Shown here one piece after another: positions 39,320 to 50,600 of a stretch of 64,000 nt of DNA; the first letter of the stretch is position 1, and each line of letters starts with the position of its first letter. This DNA comes from an uncultured Thermoplasmata archaeon (GTDB lineage Archaea; Thermoplasmatota; Thermoplasmata; Halarchaeoplasmatales; Halarchaeoplasmataceae): contig CAYWYD010000004.1 of assembly GCA_964462425.1 (NCBI GenBank), forward strand, positions 12,173 to 76,172, read 5' to 3'. The notes under the pieces are model-generated. The model worked only from the letters and a program-made list of their open reading frames with translations, had not been told where the DNA came from and ran no database searches. Position numbers and translations under genes: made by a program.

Positions 39320-42300
39320 CTATTTACTCTCCTCCTTGGACTCCTCAAAACTCTCCACCGACTCCAACATATCTTCGGAGAGCGAAGGCGAAGTCTCCTC
39401 TATGACTTCTTCCAACATCTCCTGACTTATCTTGGCTTTCTTCTTTTTGGATTTACTTACGGCCTTGATCTTCGCTTCTTCAACGCAGCTCTTGATATCA
39501 CTGGACGTGAAACCTTCGGTCATCTCCGCAAGTTTTCCATAGTCCAAATCAGCTTCCGTTGGCACGGTATCGAGTTCGTTGATGAACAGCTCGCTCCTTC
39601 TTTCAAAGTCCGGCGGCGGGACGTGGATCGTCTTTTCGAATCTTCCTCTCTGGAAGAGTGCATCCTTGATCTTGTCAGGGTAGTGACTGGTCGCTATCAA
39701 ACCTATGTCCTCTTCCTCTTCTAGATCGTCAATCAAGTTGAGTAGAGCGGCTAGAGCCTTCGGAGCCGACATCCCTGAGATCTCTACACCGGCTATTTTC
39801 TCTAGTTCAGTTATCACTATGACTGAAGGTGCGATATCTCTCATATCCTTGAACAGTTTTTTTATCGTCCCTCTACCTTCCTCGGACACACCCTCTTTGA
39901 ACTCTCTCCCAGAGATCACTCTCATCGATATTCCTACTTTGTTGCCCGACGCTTTTATCAAGCTCAGTTTTTGACATCCTCTAGGACCATAGAGCAGCAG
40001 ATTTTTCGTCCCCGAGATGTCGAATTCTTCGATCAATTTGGACTCCGTCAGCGGTAAGAGGAATTCGTCTTTGATCGCACGCTTCGCCTCAGATAAATCC
40101 GGGATCTGGTCCAAAGTGACTCCTCGTTCCATCTCAGGTCTCTTGACCTCGTGCATCTTTCTCTCGTACTTGGACCTGACCTTCTGGTACTCCTCTCTCA
40201 TTGAAGGCGTGATGCTTGGACTCATCTGTTTCAGAACTTCGTTTATATCGTCTTCAGTGATGTGCTCGACTCCTCCACTGTCTAGAGATTTTCTCATGGC
40301 GAAGGTCGCGCTCTCCTTTGCCAGGTTGGCCAGATCCGCTCCAGAGAACCCTTCAGTCTTACGGGCCACCTTATCGAAGTCAACACTAGATGAGATCGGT
40401 TTATCCCTGAGATGTATGTTCAAGATCTCTTTTCTCTCCTCTTTATCCGGAGGTGGCACGTAGATTATCTTATCGAACCTTCCCGGCCTTAACAGCGCGG
40501 GATCGACCATATCCGGCTTGTTGGTGGATCCGACCATGATGATACCTTCGGCTCTATCCATCCCGTCTAATTCCGATAAAAGTAAGGAGAGAAGCCTCGG
40601 CGTGACGTCGTCCGCTGAATACATATCTCTTTTCTTCGCTATCGCGTCTATCTCGTCGAAGAATATGATACACGGCTTCCTTTCTCGGGCCGCTTTGAAC
40701 AGCTTCATCATGCTTTCCTCGCTCTCTCCGTACCACCGGGACATCACGTCGCCGCACTTCACGTTGATCATCTCGACATCTAGTTCAGTAGCTAAAGCTT
40801 TCATCAATAGAGTTTTACCACATCCGGGAGGTCCATAGAGAAGGACGCCTTTAGACGTCTCTACACCGAATTTTTCTGATATCTCCGGCCGCAATAGTGG
40901 CATTAATATACTTTCTTTAACATCCTGTTTCACGTCCTCTAATCCTCCAACACTCTCGAAGGGCGTTTCACCTAAATCTACCATCTCAGCTACCCGAGTA
41001 CCTACGTCGGAAACGCCTAACTGTCCTCTATAGTACTCTTTGAAAAGGCTCTTGGTCATGTGGCCTAATCCCTGGCTCAGATAAGCTAATGCGATGCCAC
41101 CTGCTAGGAACCCGGCGGCGAGTCCTATATCAAGACCGCTTATCCCGGATAAATAATCGAAGTAGATCAATCCTATAAGCGGAGAAGCCCCAAGGAGGAG
41201 AGAACTACTGACAGCGATCTTCCAATTTTTCTTCGAAGGATACTTCAACCATTCACTTATCTTATCATATTTCGGTCCTTTGGTCTCAACCATCCTCGAT
41301 ATCAGATAAAGTGCGATACACCACAGCAGTATCTGGAAGAACGGAAGTATCGAAGCTCCGAAATTGTTGGATAAAACCGTTTCGATTATACCCGCGTTAG
41401 CTCCGCTTATGCTGCCGAGCGCACTCCCTAGCGAACTAGGTCGGAAAGATGAAACGATAGGTTTATCGAACCGCATAAAAGCGCTCTCGTGAGGGTACGA
41501 AGTGACGAGTCCGATGAGCTCAAGATTGCCGCTCGACGAAGTCATCACCAAAAATGTTCCCGCTACCGCCGTCGAGATGATAGCTAGGAAAGAACTGAAC
41601 AGTATGACCGACATCACCGGAACCAGGAAAACCGCTCCGAATCTCGCCAAAAACAAGATAGAGAATACGAGAAATCCGAACCTCCAGTCAAAGAAGGAAG
41701 CCAGTAAAATAAGGAGAGAAAATACCAAAAAGACTAGACCAAATTCCGGTGATTGATACGCCGCAGCGCCTGTAACGAGAAGGCTGAGTATCAGAAGGGC
41801 GTTGAAGGGGAACTTGTAAGCGATAGCGCCGATCACTACGGATAGGACCAATATCATCCACCATGGGTAGAAGGGTGCAAAAATCAACCCCACCAAAGAA
41901 AGGAGGAAAAAGCCCGCAGGTACCAAGAATTCAGGTTCCCGGGTCTCTTCCATGATCTTATCCCAGAGATCGTCCATCATCGGATAAGAACTGCCTCTAT
42001 CTCTTCCTTCTCCCTCTTTAAGATCCACTCTTTTTGCCTGCTTCTTCTTGTAAACCCATCCTAGACAAAGGATCGGAACGATTATAGCAGCTACAAGGCC
42101 GCCCAGTACGGGAATCTGTGGAAATGAGATCATCCCGTGTTTCAAGGTCTCTTCGGGTTCCATATCGAACTGGAATATCCCTTCATCTTCGGTTTCCTCT
42201 CCGGTCAATTGTATGTTTCTCGAACTAGTTTCTCCTTCGTACTCCACGATTACCAGATAGTTCCCGGCGGAGAGCGGTTCATCGACGGTGACCTGCCCTT

Positions 42301-43216
42301 CTTCCGTAGTACCTTCAAACAAAACCTCCCCATCACTGGTTTCAACACGGACCACTGCACCGTCTATGTATCTGTCGTTCAGATCGTCATAAGCAACTAT
42401 AACGGGTTGGATAAGCTGTTCTCCAGCCTGGACCGTGTATGTTTCGTTTTCGGACGTGATAGCGTTATCATAGATATCATATGCTTCAACATAAAAAGTC
42501 ACAGTGGTGTTCTCGGGATAGGCGGGGATAGTAGCTACCCATTCCCCGTTATCTTCTTCGAACACTTCTGTAGCGTCCTGAGGTTCGCGCTCGGGCTGAT
42601 CGATCGTAGCCCAAATCCGAGCTGAATCTATCTCGACTTCCTGTTCCTCAGCCTCCTGTGTCTTGACGAGAGTTATATTAACCTGCTGGTCCGAGGTCGG
42701 GTTCATGGGCTCATAACTGAAATCTAGATTGTCTTCGAATTGATCCGAGATCCAGGCGCCTTTTTCGCTGACCGTGTAAGTAAAATTCTCTGAACGATAC
42801 CAGTCTATCTCATCCAAAGTCGCGTTGACCCAGAACCTGACTTCCGTGTTAGGCGTATGATATTCCGGCTCGATAACAGCGTTCATTAAAGTTCCATTTT
42901 CCCCTGCTTCCATAAGGTACCCACCGATTTCGGAGAAATTCTCTTCTCCTTCCTCTCTATACTGAAACCTGAGGTGGGCTTGCGAGATATTTTCATCCTC
43001 TATGCTTTCCACGGTAACCTCGACACCGTGATCTGGGTCCGGTTGTTGGGGCGTATACTCTAGTTCGAATAGATCATCGAATTCCTGCTCTTGATAATTC
43101 AGTCCTGGGTCATCTCCTTCTACGAATCCCAGTAAAGCTCCTGAAAAGACTCCAAGCAGGAGCAAACCGACCAACAAACATACGACCAATTTATTTCCAT
43201 CTAATTCTATATCCAT
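39320..43216 (-). CDS. Polytopic membrane protein: ectodomain + multi-TM + Cdc48-like tandem AAA domains
   Basis: Signal peptide, ~330-aa beta-rich ectodomain, ~10 TMs; D1 GPPGCGKT/RWYGES/FFDEID/ALLRPGRFD; D2 degenerate GPRGCQKL/ITELE. Confidence 0.88.
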   Translation of the reverse strand: MDIELDGNKLVVCLLVGLLLLGVFSGALLGFVEGDDPGLNYQEQEFDDLFELEYTPQQPDPDHGVEVTVESIEDENISQAHLRFQYREEGEENFSEIGGYLMEAGENGTLMNAVIEPEYHTPNTEVRFWVNATLDEIDWYRSENFTYTVSEKGAWISDQFEDNLDFSYEPMNPTSDQQVNITLVKTQEAEEQEVEIDSARIWATIDQPEREPQDATEVFEEDNGEWVATIPAYPENTTVTFYVEAYDIYDNAITSENETYTVQAGEQLIQPVIVAYDDLNDRYIDGAVVRVETSDGEVLFEGTTEEGQVTVDEPLSAGNYLVIVEYEGETSSRNIQLTGEETEDEGIFQFDMEPEETLKHGMISFPQIPVLGGLVAAIIVPILCLGWVYKKKQAKRVDLKEGEGRDRGSSYPMMDDLWDKIMEETREPEFLVPAGFFLLSLVGLIFAPFYPWWMILVLSVVIGAIAYKFPFNALLILSLLVTGAAAYQSPEFGLVFLVFSLLILLASFFDWRFGFLVFSILFLARFGAVFLVPVMSVILFSSFLAIISTAVAGTFLVMTSSSGNLELIGLVTSYPHESAFMRFDKPIVSSFRPSSLGSALGSISGANAGIIETVLSNNFGASILPFFQILLWCIALYLISRMVETKGPKYDKISEWLKYPSKKNWKIAVSSSLLLGASPLIGLIYFDYLSGISGLDIGLAAGFLAGGIALAYLSQGLGHMTKSLFKEYYRGQLGVSDVGTRVAEMVDLGETPFESVGGLEDVKQDVKESILMPLLRPEISEKFGVETSKGVLLYGPPGCGKTLLMKALATELDVEMINVKCGDVMSRWYGESEESMMKLFKAARERKPCIIFFDEIDAIAKKRDMYSADDVTPRLLSLLLSELDGMDRAEGIIMVGSTNKPDMVDPALLRPGRFDKIIYVPPPDKEERKEILNIHLRDKPISSSVDFDKVARKTEGFSGADLANLAKESATFAMRKSLDSGGVEHITEDDINEVLKQMSPSITPSMREEYQKVRSKYERKMHEVKRPEMERGVTLDQIPDLSEAKRAIKDEFLLPLTESKLIEEFDISGTKNLLLYGPRGCQKLSLIKASGNKVGISMRVISGREFKEGVSEEGRGTIKKLFKDMRDIAPSVIVITELEKIAGVEISGMSAPKALAALLNLIDDLEEEEDIGLIATSHYPDKIKDALFQRGRFEKTIHVPPPDFERRSELFINELDTVPTEADLDYGKLAEMTEGFTSSDIKSCVEEAKIKAVSKSKKKKAKISQEMLEEVIEETSPSLSEDMLESVESFEESKEESK

Positions 43217-43221
43217 ATATA

Positions 43222-44625
43222 TCAACTCTCGTTCAAGGTGTAACCTAAACTACTCTCTTCTTTCTTCTCATCATCTTCTTTAGATTTCTTTCCGGCTCTC
43301 ATGCCTACTCCTTCTTTTTCTTCCACACTGACTTGGTCTTTTAAAGCTTCACCCAATCCAAGACCCACGAAAGGAGCGAAAATGGCCTGATAACCCGCGG
43401 TTTGAGCCACTGGCTGTAAAGACGCCTGCGGTAGCACTGAGGCCGTACCTACAGGGGGTGAAGGCATGGGAAAGATCTCGGGTGGCGGAGGGGGTGGTGC
43501 CGCCGCCGGTGGTGGAGGCGGAGGGGGTGGTGGAGCCGTTGTTTGTATAATCCCGTATATCGAGTGATCCGGGAGCGGGGTAAAATTGTTCTGTCCGTCC
43601 CAAGGCCTGACGTAATACAGGCCGGCCTGCTCGGTGAAGACGGAGTGGTGACCCCTTTTAGTAGTGCTGATATTGAAACTCACTTCCCAACTATCGCCCA
43701 ATCTCATGGTATCGTTAAGATCCCATTCCACCACTGTTTTAGCATCCGTAGATATATTATCAGGGGTTTTAGAAAAGTAAGAAGTATTCAACTGGATATG
43801 GTCTTTGAATTCAGTTCTGACCTCTATATTTTCTCCGGTCAGGTCGGTATAAAATTGATCTGAAATGTTCAGGTACGTATCTACCAATTGATCCGGGTCT
43901 TCGACATAATGATATTCCCCTCCAGTTTTACTAGCCATCCAATTGAGGAGATCGTCGTTCACATCATCTCCCATCCCTATGGTGAACATGGTGACGTTAT
44001 TATCAATGACGCGGTTCATGGTTTCTCGGGTCACGTTATAAGTTGGATTCCCATCCGAGAGGAATATCTCCAATTGCTGTTTCTCTGGATCACCGTATTC
44101 TATCAACTCGTCGGTAGCTTTATCGATGGATTCTTCATAATTTGTCCGACCGCCAGGTTCCTGCCCCATCTCGAGACTTTCTTTCACGCTTTCATAATCT
44201 TGAGATAGAGGATGCTCTAAGGTGGCGTTCGTCGCTAACTTTATCACGCCGGCTCTATCCGGTGGTACCATGTTTTCAACGTAGGCTTGAGTGGCTTCTA
44301 TCCTCTCATGATTGGGATCCCAGATGGCGGATCTCTGCGAAAAATCAACTACCAGCATTGTATCCTGTGGATCAAACTTCAGAGCTTTCTGACCTGTGGC
44401 CTTGAAGCTGAGATTAATCTGAACTTCATCCGGCTCTTCGTTCTCCTGAAGAGGCCATACTCTATCGCTGCTTCCCTCGACCGTTATATCGAAATATGGA
44501 TTAGGATCGTAGGAGTCTTCAAAAGACTTCTCAGCCTGAACATTCGCCGAGTTAAGCAGACAAACGGCTAAGAAGATGACCGAAATCCAGAGGGTGACTT
44601 TATTTCTCCTAAACATCGAGTGCAT
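43222..44625 (-). CDS. Secreted vWA-domain protein with polyproline tail
   Basis: Signal peptide, DFSQRS, GRTNY, FLSDG, FTIGMG, TGGEY; APPPPPPPPPAAAPPPPP. Confidence 0.85.
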   Translation of the reverse strand: MHSMFRRNKVTLWISVIFLAVCLLNSANVQAEKSFEDSYDPNPYFDITVEGSSDRVWPLQENEEPDEVQINLSFKATGQKALKFDPQDTMLVVDFSQRSAIWDPNHERIEATQAYVENMVPPDRAGVIKLATNATLEHPLSQDYESVKESLEMGQEPGGRTNYEESIDKATDELIEYGDPEKQQLEIFLSDGNPTYNVTRETMNRVIDNNVTMFTIGMGDDVNDDLLNWMASKTGGEYHYVEDPDQLVDTYLNISDQFYTDLTGENIEVRTEFKDHIQLNTSYFSKTPDNISTDAKTVVEWDLNDTMRLGDSWEVSFNISTTKRGHHSVFTEQAGLYYVRPWDGQNNFTPLPDHSIYGIIQTTAPPPPPPPPPAAAPPPPPPEIFPMPSPPVGTASVLPQASLQPVAQTAGYQAIFAPFVGLGLGEALKDQVSVEEKEGVGMRAGKKSKEDDEKKEESSLGYTLNES

Positions 44626-44631
44626 TGCACC

Positions 44632-47600
44632 TCATTCCTTGTCAGAAGGTAAATCCGCTTCCATCACGGAATCCATCAAACCCTTTTCTTCCCCTCCATC
44701 CCCTCCTTTTCCACCTTTCTCTGATTTCAAGGATAAGCCCATCTCCTTCAATTTTTCTTCTAGATGTTCAGCTCTTTTCTCCCCGATTCCTTTTATATTC
44801 TTCAACTCGTCCTTCGTCTTATTGGTGAGTTCCTCCACCGAGGTTATCTCTTGATTCTTCAATCTAGCTTCGACTCTGCCGTTCAAATTCAGCACTTCTA
44901 TCGAATGCCCTTGATCTTCTTTTTCCTCCACTGTTTCCTGTTTTCCTGTTTCCTTTTCCACTTGCTCTTCTTGCTTTTCTTTCTCTTTTCTTTTGGTTTT
45001 TTTCATAGGCCTAGCTTTCTTTTTCTTGACCTTTCTTTCACTCGGGGAGGCCCCACGGCTTTCTCCTTTCTCTTCTTCTTTTGAGCTGAGGGGAGAGGAT
45101 ATCCAACCGGATTCTTTTTCTTCTTCTTCCTCTTTTTCTCCTTCTTCTCCCTCCTTTTCCTCTCTTTTTATCCTCTCTCGAACTTCGTTTCTTCCGAGAT
45201 AAAGGATGAAAACGATCAGTATCAATATCAGGAGGAAACTTATCCCCGGTATATTGTTCTGGAATATTCCCCAATAGTCTGGAGGATTGTCCACTTCAAC
45301 GGTACCCGAATACTGATTGACGTTTCCCGCGCTGTCTTCGATCCTGATTACATAGGTATGTTCTCCGTCATCTTCCTCGGCAGCTTCCCACTGGTACATG
45401 TATGTATTATTTTTGACCAGCATCATGTCTTGCCATCCTCTCCCGTCTATGTTGATCTGTACATTTTCAACACCGGCTAAACTGGACACGTTCAACGAGA
45501 AAGTAGTAGAGCCCTGCACGCTGGTCTCGTTCAAGATGTTCTCTACAGGGCCGGTCATCTCTATCATCGGTCCTGCGTTATCCACGGTTATCTCAAATTG
45601 GCTGCCCCTTTCGTGCCCTGCGACGTCTACAACAGTTACATTCACGTCGAAGACTCCTCTACCATCTTCACCAGTAAGTTTGGTAGATTGTAAAAGATAA
45701 CTGTACTTGTTTTCTTCGGCAGTCTTTTCCATCGGGAACGGCCCGATATTTCCTTCGAACTCAATCATCACTTCCTGTACTTCGGAATCGACGAAGACTT
45801 TGATCTCGTGCTCTCCACTGATCACCTCTTCCCTTCTTGGGCTATGGAGTCGTATGGTAGGAGCTACATTATCCACTATAACTGTCACTTTTCTCGTCGT
45901 GATGTGTCCGGCTTCGTCGGTTGCTCTTACCGTTATGGTGTGTTCTCCATCGCTCAACCTTGTAGTGTTGAGTTCCTCAGAAATAGGTACAAATCCCGTA
46001 TCATCCACTGAGTACATGACACCCTTCATGAATTCATCCTCGGAAGTGACGTTGAGTTCCACCGTATCCCTGATGTACTCGCCATTTCTAGGAGAGTTGA
46101 TATCCAGCTCTGGTGCGTTGTTGTCAACGTGGAAACTTATAGTGTTAGTTCTGTGCATATTCCCTATAGGGTCTGTGGCAGTAGCATTAAATGTGTAAGT
46201 TCCGTCTGCGAGGTTCCTCGTATCTATCTCGTAAACATAATATCCGCTCTCTCTATCGAAGGAGAGTTCAAGAGTCTCATTGAATAGATGAGCTTCTACA
46301 CTCTCCACTTCTACTTCGTGTCTTGCGTTCACTCTAAATTGGAACCAGTCCTCCACGAATTGTTCCTCTATAGGACTGACTATAGAGGCCTCAGGTTCAG
46401 TATTGATAACCGTCACTCTTATCGTTCGCACTACGCTGTTGCCGGCTTGGTCCGTTGCCATGATATCTAAACTGTGCTCACCGTCGGAATAACCCGTGGT
46501 ATTCCATGGGACGATGATCGGGGTCCATCCTCCGTCGTCCACGCTGTAATAAGCCGGTCCCGGGAAAGCATCTTCAACTTCGGCATCTACTTCGACCTGA
46601 CCGGAAACGTATTCCCCGTGCCTCGGAGAATTTATAGTGAGCGAAGGATCGTGATTGACGACTCGGAACTCTATGGTCTCAGTGATATTCATCTTTCCCG
46701 ATAGATCGGTAGCGGATGCGGTCACGTTCCAATAACCGTCTTCCTGTTCCAGCGTCGTATCGAGTGTAGCTTCATGATATCCCGTACTGGGGTTGTAAGT
46801 CGCTTCTATCGTCCAATTCCCCGTATGGGGTTCGTCACTTACCAGAGCATAGATGTCGAGCACAACTGTCTCTATCCCGACCTTGTCGGCGGCACGTATT
46901 TGGAAAGTCAGATCTCCTTCGATGAATTGATCGGAAACCGGGTTCAATATCTCTACTTTGGGCTCGTGGTTATCGACGGTGACCTCGATCTCGTTTAGAG
47001 TCACATGCCCCACGTCGTCTCTAGCCCTTATCGCGATCGTGTGTTCGCCGTCCACTATCGTCGTGGTGTCCCACTCTGCTATCCACCCTCTCCCTAATTC
47101 GTATATGTTCAGCTCTTCCTCACTTAATTCTATACGGTATTCTCTCTTCCCATCTTCGGAAACAAACCATTTCCCGTCCTCCTCAGAAAGATTCGCATCC
47201 TCTTCAACCTCGTAACCTTTGTCTTCGAAGGCTTGCCGTAATGTCTCATTTATAACTCCTTCTTCCAAGCACTCCTCATATTCTGTTCTATTCAGGCTGA
47301 ACGAATACTCGTCTCTTTCTCTTTCCATCGAACTCCAAGTTCGCTCGTTTATCCTATACTCCACTTCGGGTATGAAGGGGTCGTCATCTATTTCGGCCGT
47401 GATATTCACCGTTCCTGAGACAAAGTCACCCTGTAAAGGTTCAAGATATTCGACCTCTGGAGGACTGTTGTCGATGAAGAAGTCTACCTCCCCAAGATCC
47501 GTCCGGAAACCAGCTTTGTCTATCACGGTAGCGTTAAATCGAGCTTCCCCATCAGTATATCGGAAGGTAGCGACCTCGAACATGTAAGAACCGGTAGTTA

Positions 47601-50600
47601 CGTCATAATACATCTCCTGCGTCTCCAATTCATCGATATCGGAGGCGTTTTCTCCTTCAACCTCTAAGAAGTTGATCATCACTCTTTCAACACCGACTTC
47701 ATCATCCGCATTGATTTGGAATCTAATCCTTTCATCGACGAAATCGCTTTCGGAAGGTGTTACGATCTCTCCCTCCGGTCCGGTGTTATCAAAGATCACT
47801 TCTACCGATTGCCTAGTTCTCAGACCACCACGGTCGATAGCTTCGAACTGGATTGTGTGTGCTCCGTCAGTGAAATTTGAGGTCTCTATTATAGACGTCC
47901 ATTCCTCATTCCCTTCCTCGTCCATAGCATGCCATCCACTATCGCCCACTCTGTATCTCACGCCAGAGAGGAATTTATCTTCAGCCCGAACTCTCACCTC
48001 GTCTTTTCCGGTCATAATCTTTCCCGCTTCAGGTCCTACTATAGAAAGTGTAGGTTCTTCGTTGTTGACATGGAAATTTATCGGATCTAATTCAATTTCC
48101 CATCCGGCATTATCCTTGATGGTAGCTGAAATGTTGTAAGTACCATCCTCTATAGTGGTGGTTACCAAGACAAGCTCGTACATCCCCGTTCCAGAATTAT
48201 ATTCAGCCGTATAGGTCTGATTGAACACATCAACCTTCACCTGGTCTATACCGTTTTCATCCTCTGCGGAGATCTGGAATATGAAACTACCACTTACGTA
48301 CTCTCCTCCAAAGGGCGAAGCTATCGAGCCGCCCGGTTTTTCATTATCAACGATTATATCGATAGAGTCCATCGTCTGGTGGCCTATCTCATCCACAGAG
48401 CGAACCTCGATCCGGTGGTGTCCTTCACTGAATTTGGTAGTGTTCCAATAGGCGGTTGAATAGTTCTCTTCTATATCCATCTCGTTCCAGCTACCCCCGT
48501 CTATCCTATAGTGGGAGTTCTTCAAAAATTTATCATGAGTGGTAGCGTTTATTTCTATTTCACGGTCGATATAATCACCCTGGTTGGGAGCTACGATATC
48601 TACCGCTGGATTCGTATTATCAACAGAGAAGTTGACCGCGTCTACCACCGTTTCCTTCCCGGAATCATCTTTTACCGTAGCTTCGATAGCGTGATCTCCA
48701 TCTTCCACAGTGGTGGTTATGATACTCTTTTCATAAAAGCCAGTACCTTGATTAAATCCTGCGGTATAATTCTCTCCGAAAACATTTATGCTTACAACAT
48801 CCACACCGTTCTCGTCATTAGCAGAGACCTGGAATGTATATGTACCCTGGATGTCTGCATCGGGATTGGGTGATATTATGGATGCGGTTGGATTTTCATT
48901 ATCCACGATCACGTTAATATTCTGCATGGTGCTCTTACCCGAGTCGTCCATAGCTCTCACGTGAATCTGGTGTTCTCCCTCGCTGTAATCGCTGGTATTC
49001 CATTCGTAGGTCCATAAATTGTTTGATTCTTCCATCGCCTCCCAGGTACCTTCATCTATCCGTGCTTCGGCGGAATCGAGATACATGTCAGTGATATTCG
49101 TCTCGACAGATACATTCCCGGAGACATACGAATTGGGAGTCGGATTCACAATAGATACTGCCGGTGCACTATTGTCCACGCTGAAGGTTACATCACTTGT
49201 GGTATATGTCCATCCCACTTCATCTTCTATAGTAGCGTTTACAGTATACTCTCCGTCGTCTATCGAATTGGTGTCGATGCTGTACTCATAATAACCTGTT
49301 CCTTCGTTGTAAGTCGCGGGATAGATCCCACTAAAGACTTTTATCTCGACACTTTTTACCCCCACCTCATCGCTCGCTGTTATACGGAACGTGTACTCTC
49401 CGCTGATGAACTCTCCATTTAGAGGTTCGACTACAGTTCCTGTCGGGGCGGTGTTGTCGACCTTTACATCTCTACTGACTTCAGTTTCATGTCCGACCTC
49501 GTCTACCGCCCTAAATGTCAAAGTGTGGGGTCCGTCGGGGACCGCGGTCGTGTCCCAGTCGGCTGTATAGTTGTCTAACGTTGTATTTTCTTCCATGGTC
49601 TCCCAAGCACCGTCATCAACTCTATATTCGACAGTTTCGAGGAAGTCGCTCTCTACTTCCGCCTTCAAGGTATGTGTATTTTGGAGTATCTGGCCCGCCT
49701 GTGGAGAATGGATGGTCATGGAGGGAGGTGCATTAGCAACTTGGAAATCGACAGACTGATTCTGGCTGCTGTGCCCAACTCTATCCCATCCCTGCATATG
49801 GGCCGTATAATTCCCGTCGGAGACAGTAGAGGTTCTAAACGTCCTTTCATAATATCCGGTTACTTCGTTAAATACCATCGATGTAGTCGATCCAAATACG
49901 GTTATATTCACTCTATCCATTTTGACGGTATCCTCCGCAAGAGCCTGGAATTTATACTGACCCTGGATCGTTTCTCCATTAACTGGTGAAACGATATCCA
50001 AACTGGGAGGATTATTATCTACGTAAACCGTAGTCGAAGACTGTCCAGACAGCCCGGCTTTATCGGTAGCCTCGATAGTAATATCATGTAATCCGTCGCT
50101 TACAGAGGTAGTATCCCATTGAGCGAGCCAGGATATTGAATTCCCCCCCTCATTATCGATGATCATAGGCTGCCAAGCCTGCTCATCTATTCTGTACTGA
50201 ACGTCGCTAATCTTCTCACTAGTATTGACCCTGATTTCGATCGCGTCATTCACATACTCGTGATCTGATGGAGAAAGTATCGTAGGGTTTGGAGGTGTGT
50301 TTTTAGTCTCAAAGGTCACTGGTTTAGAAGTGTAGCGAGCTCCATCCGTACCCACTACTGTAGCTTTGACCGTAGAGATACCATCAGGATATCCAGTGGT
50401 GTCTACATCTCTTTCCCACAATCCGGATGTAGTAGAATAAGCTCCAGATAAAGTACCGAGTGTTGATAGGTTCCCCCCGAAAGTAAACCTTACTTCATCG
50501 ATAGTTCCCCCATCATATGAAGCATCGGCTTGGAAAGTATATTGGCCCGAGATTAGTTCATCCTCTATAGGAGAGTACATCCCCGCGTTTAAACCCGTGG

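Noticed and set aside
39320..44625. Classical MoxR-vWA chaperone pair or FtsH
   Set aside because: The ATPase has classic-clade SRH and pore-loop motifs rather than MoxR features, and no HEXXH protease domain follows it
44764..50000. Many plus-strand ORFs antisense to the giant genes
   Set aside because: Ser/Phe-rich mirror frames expected opposite acidic coding sequence
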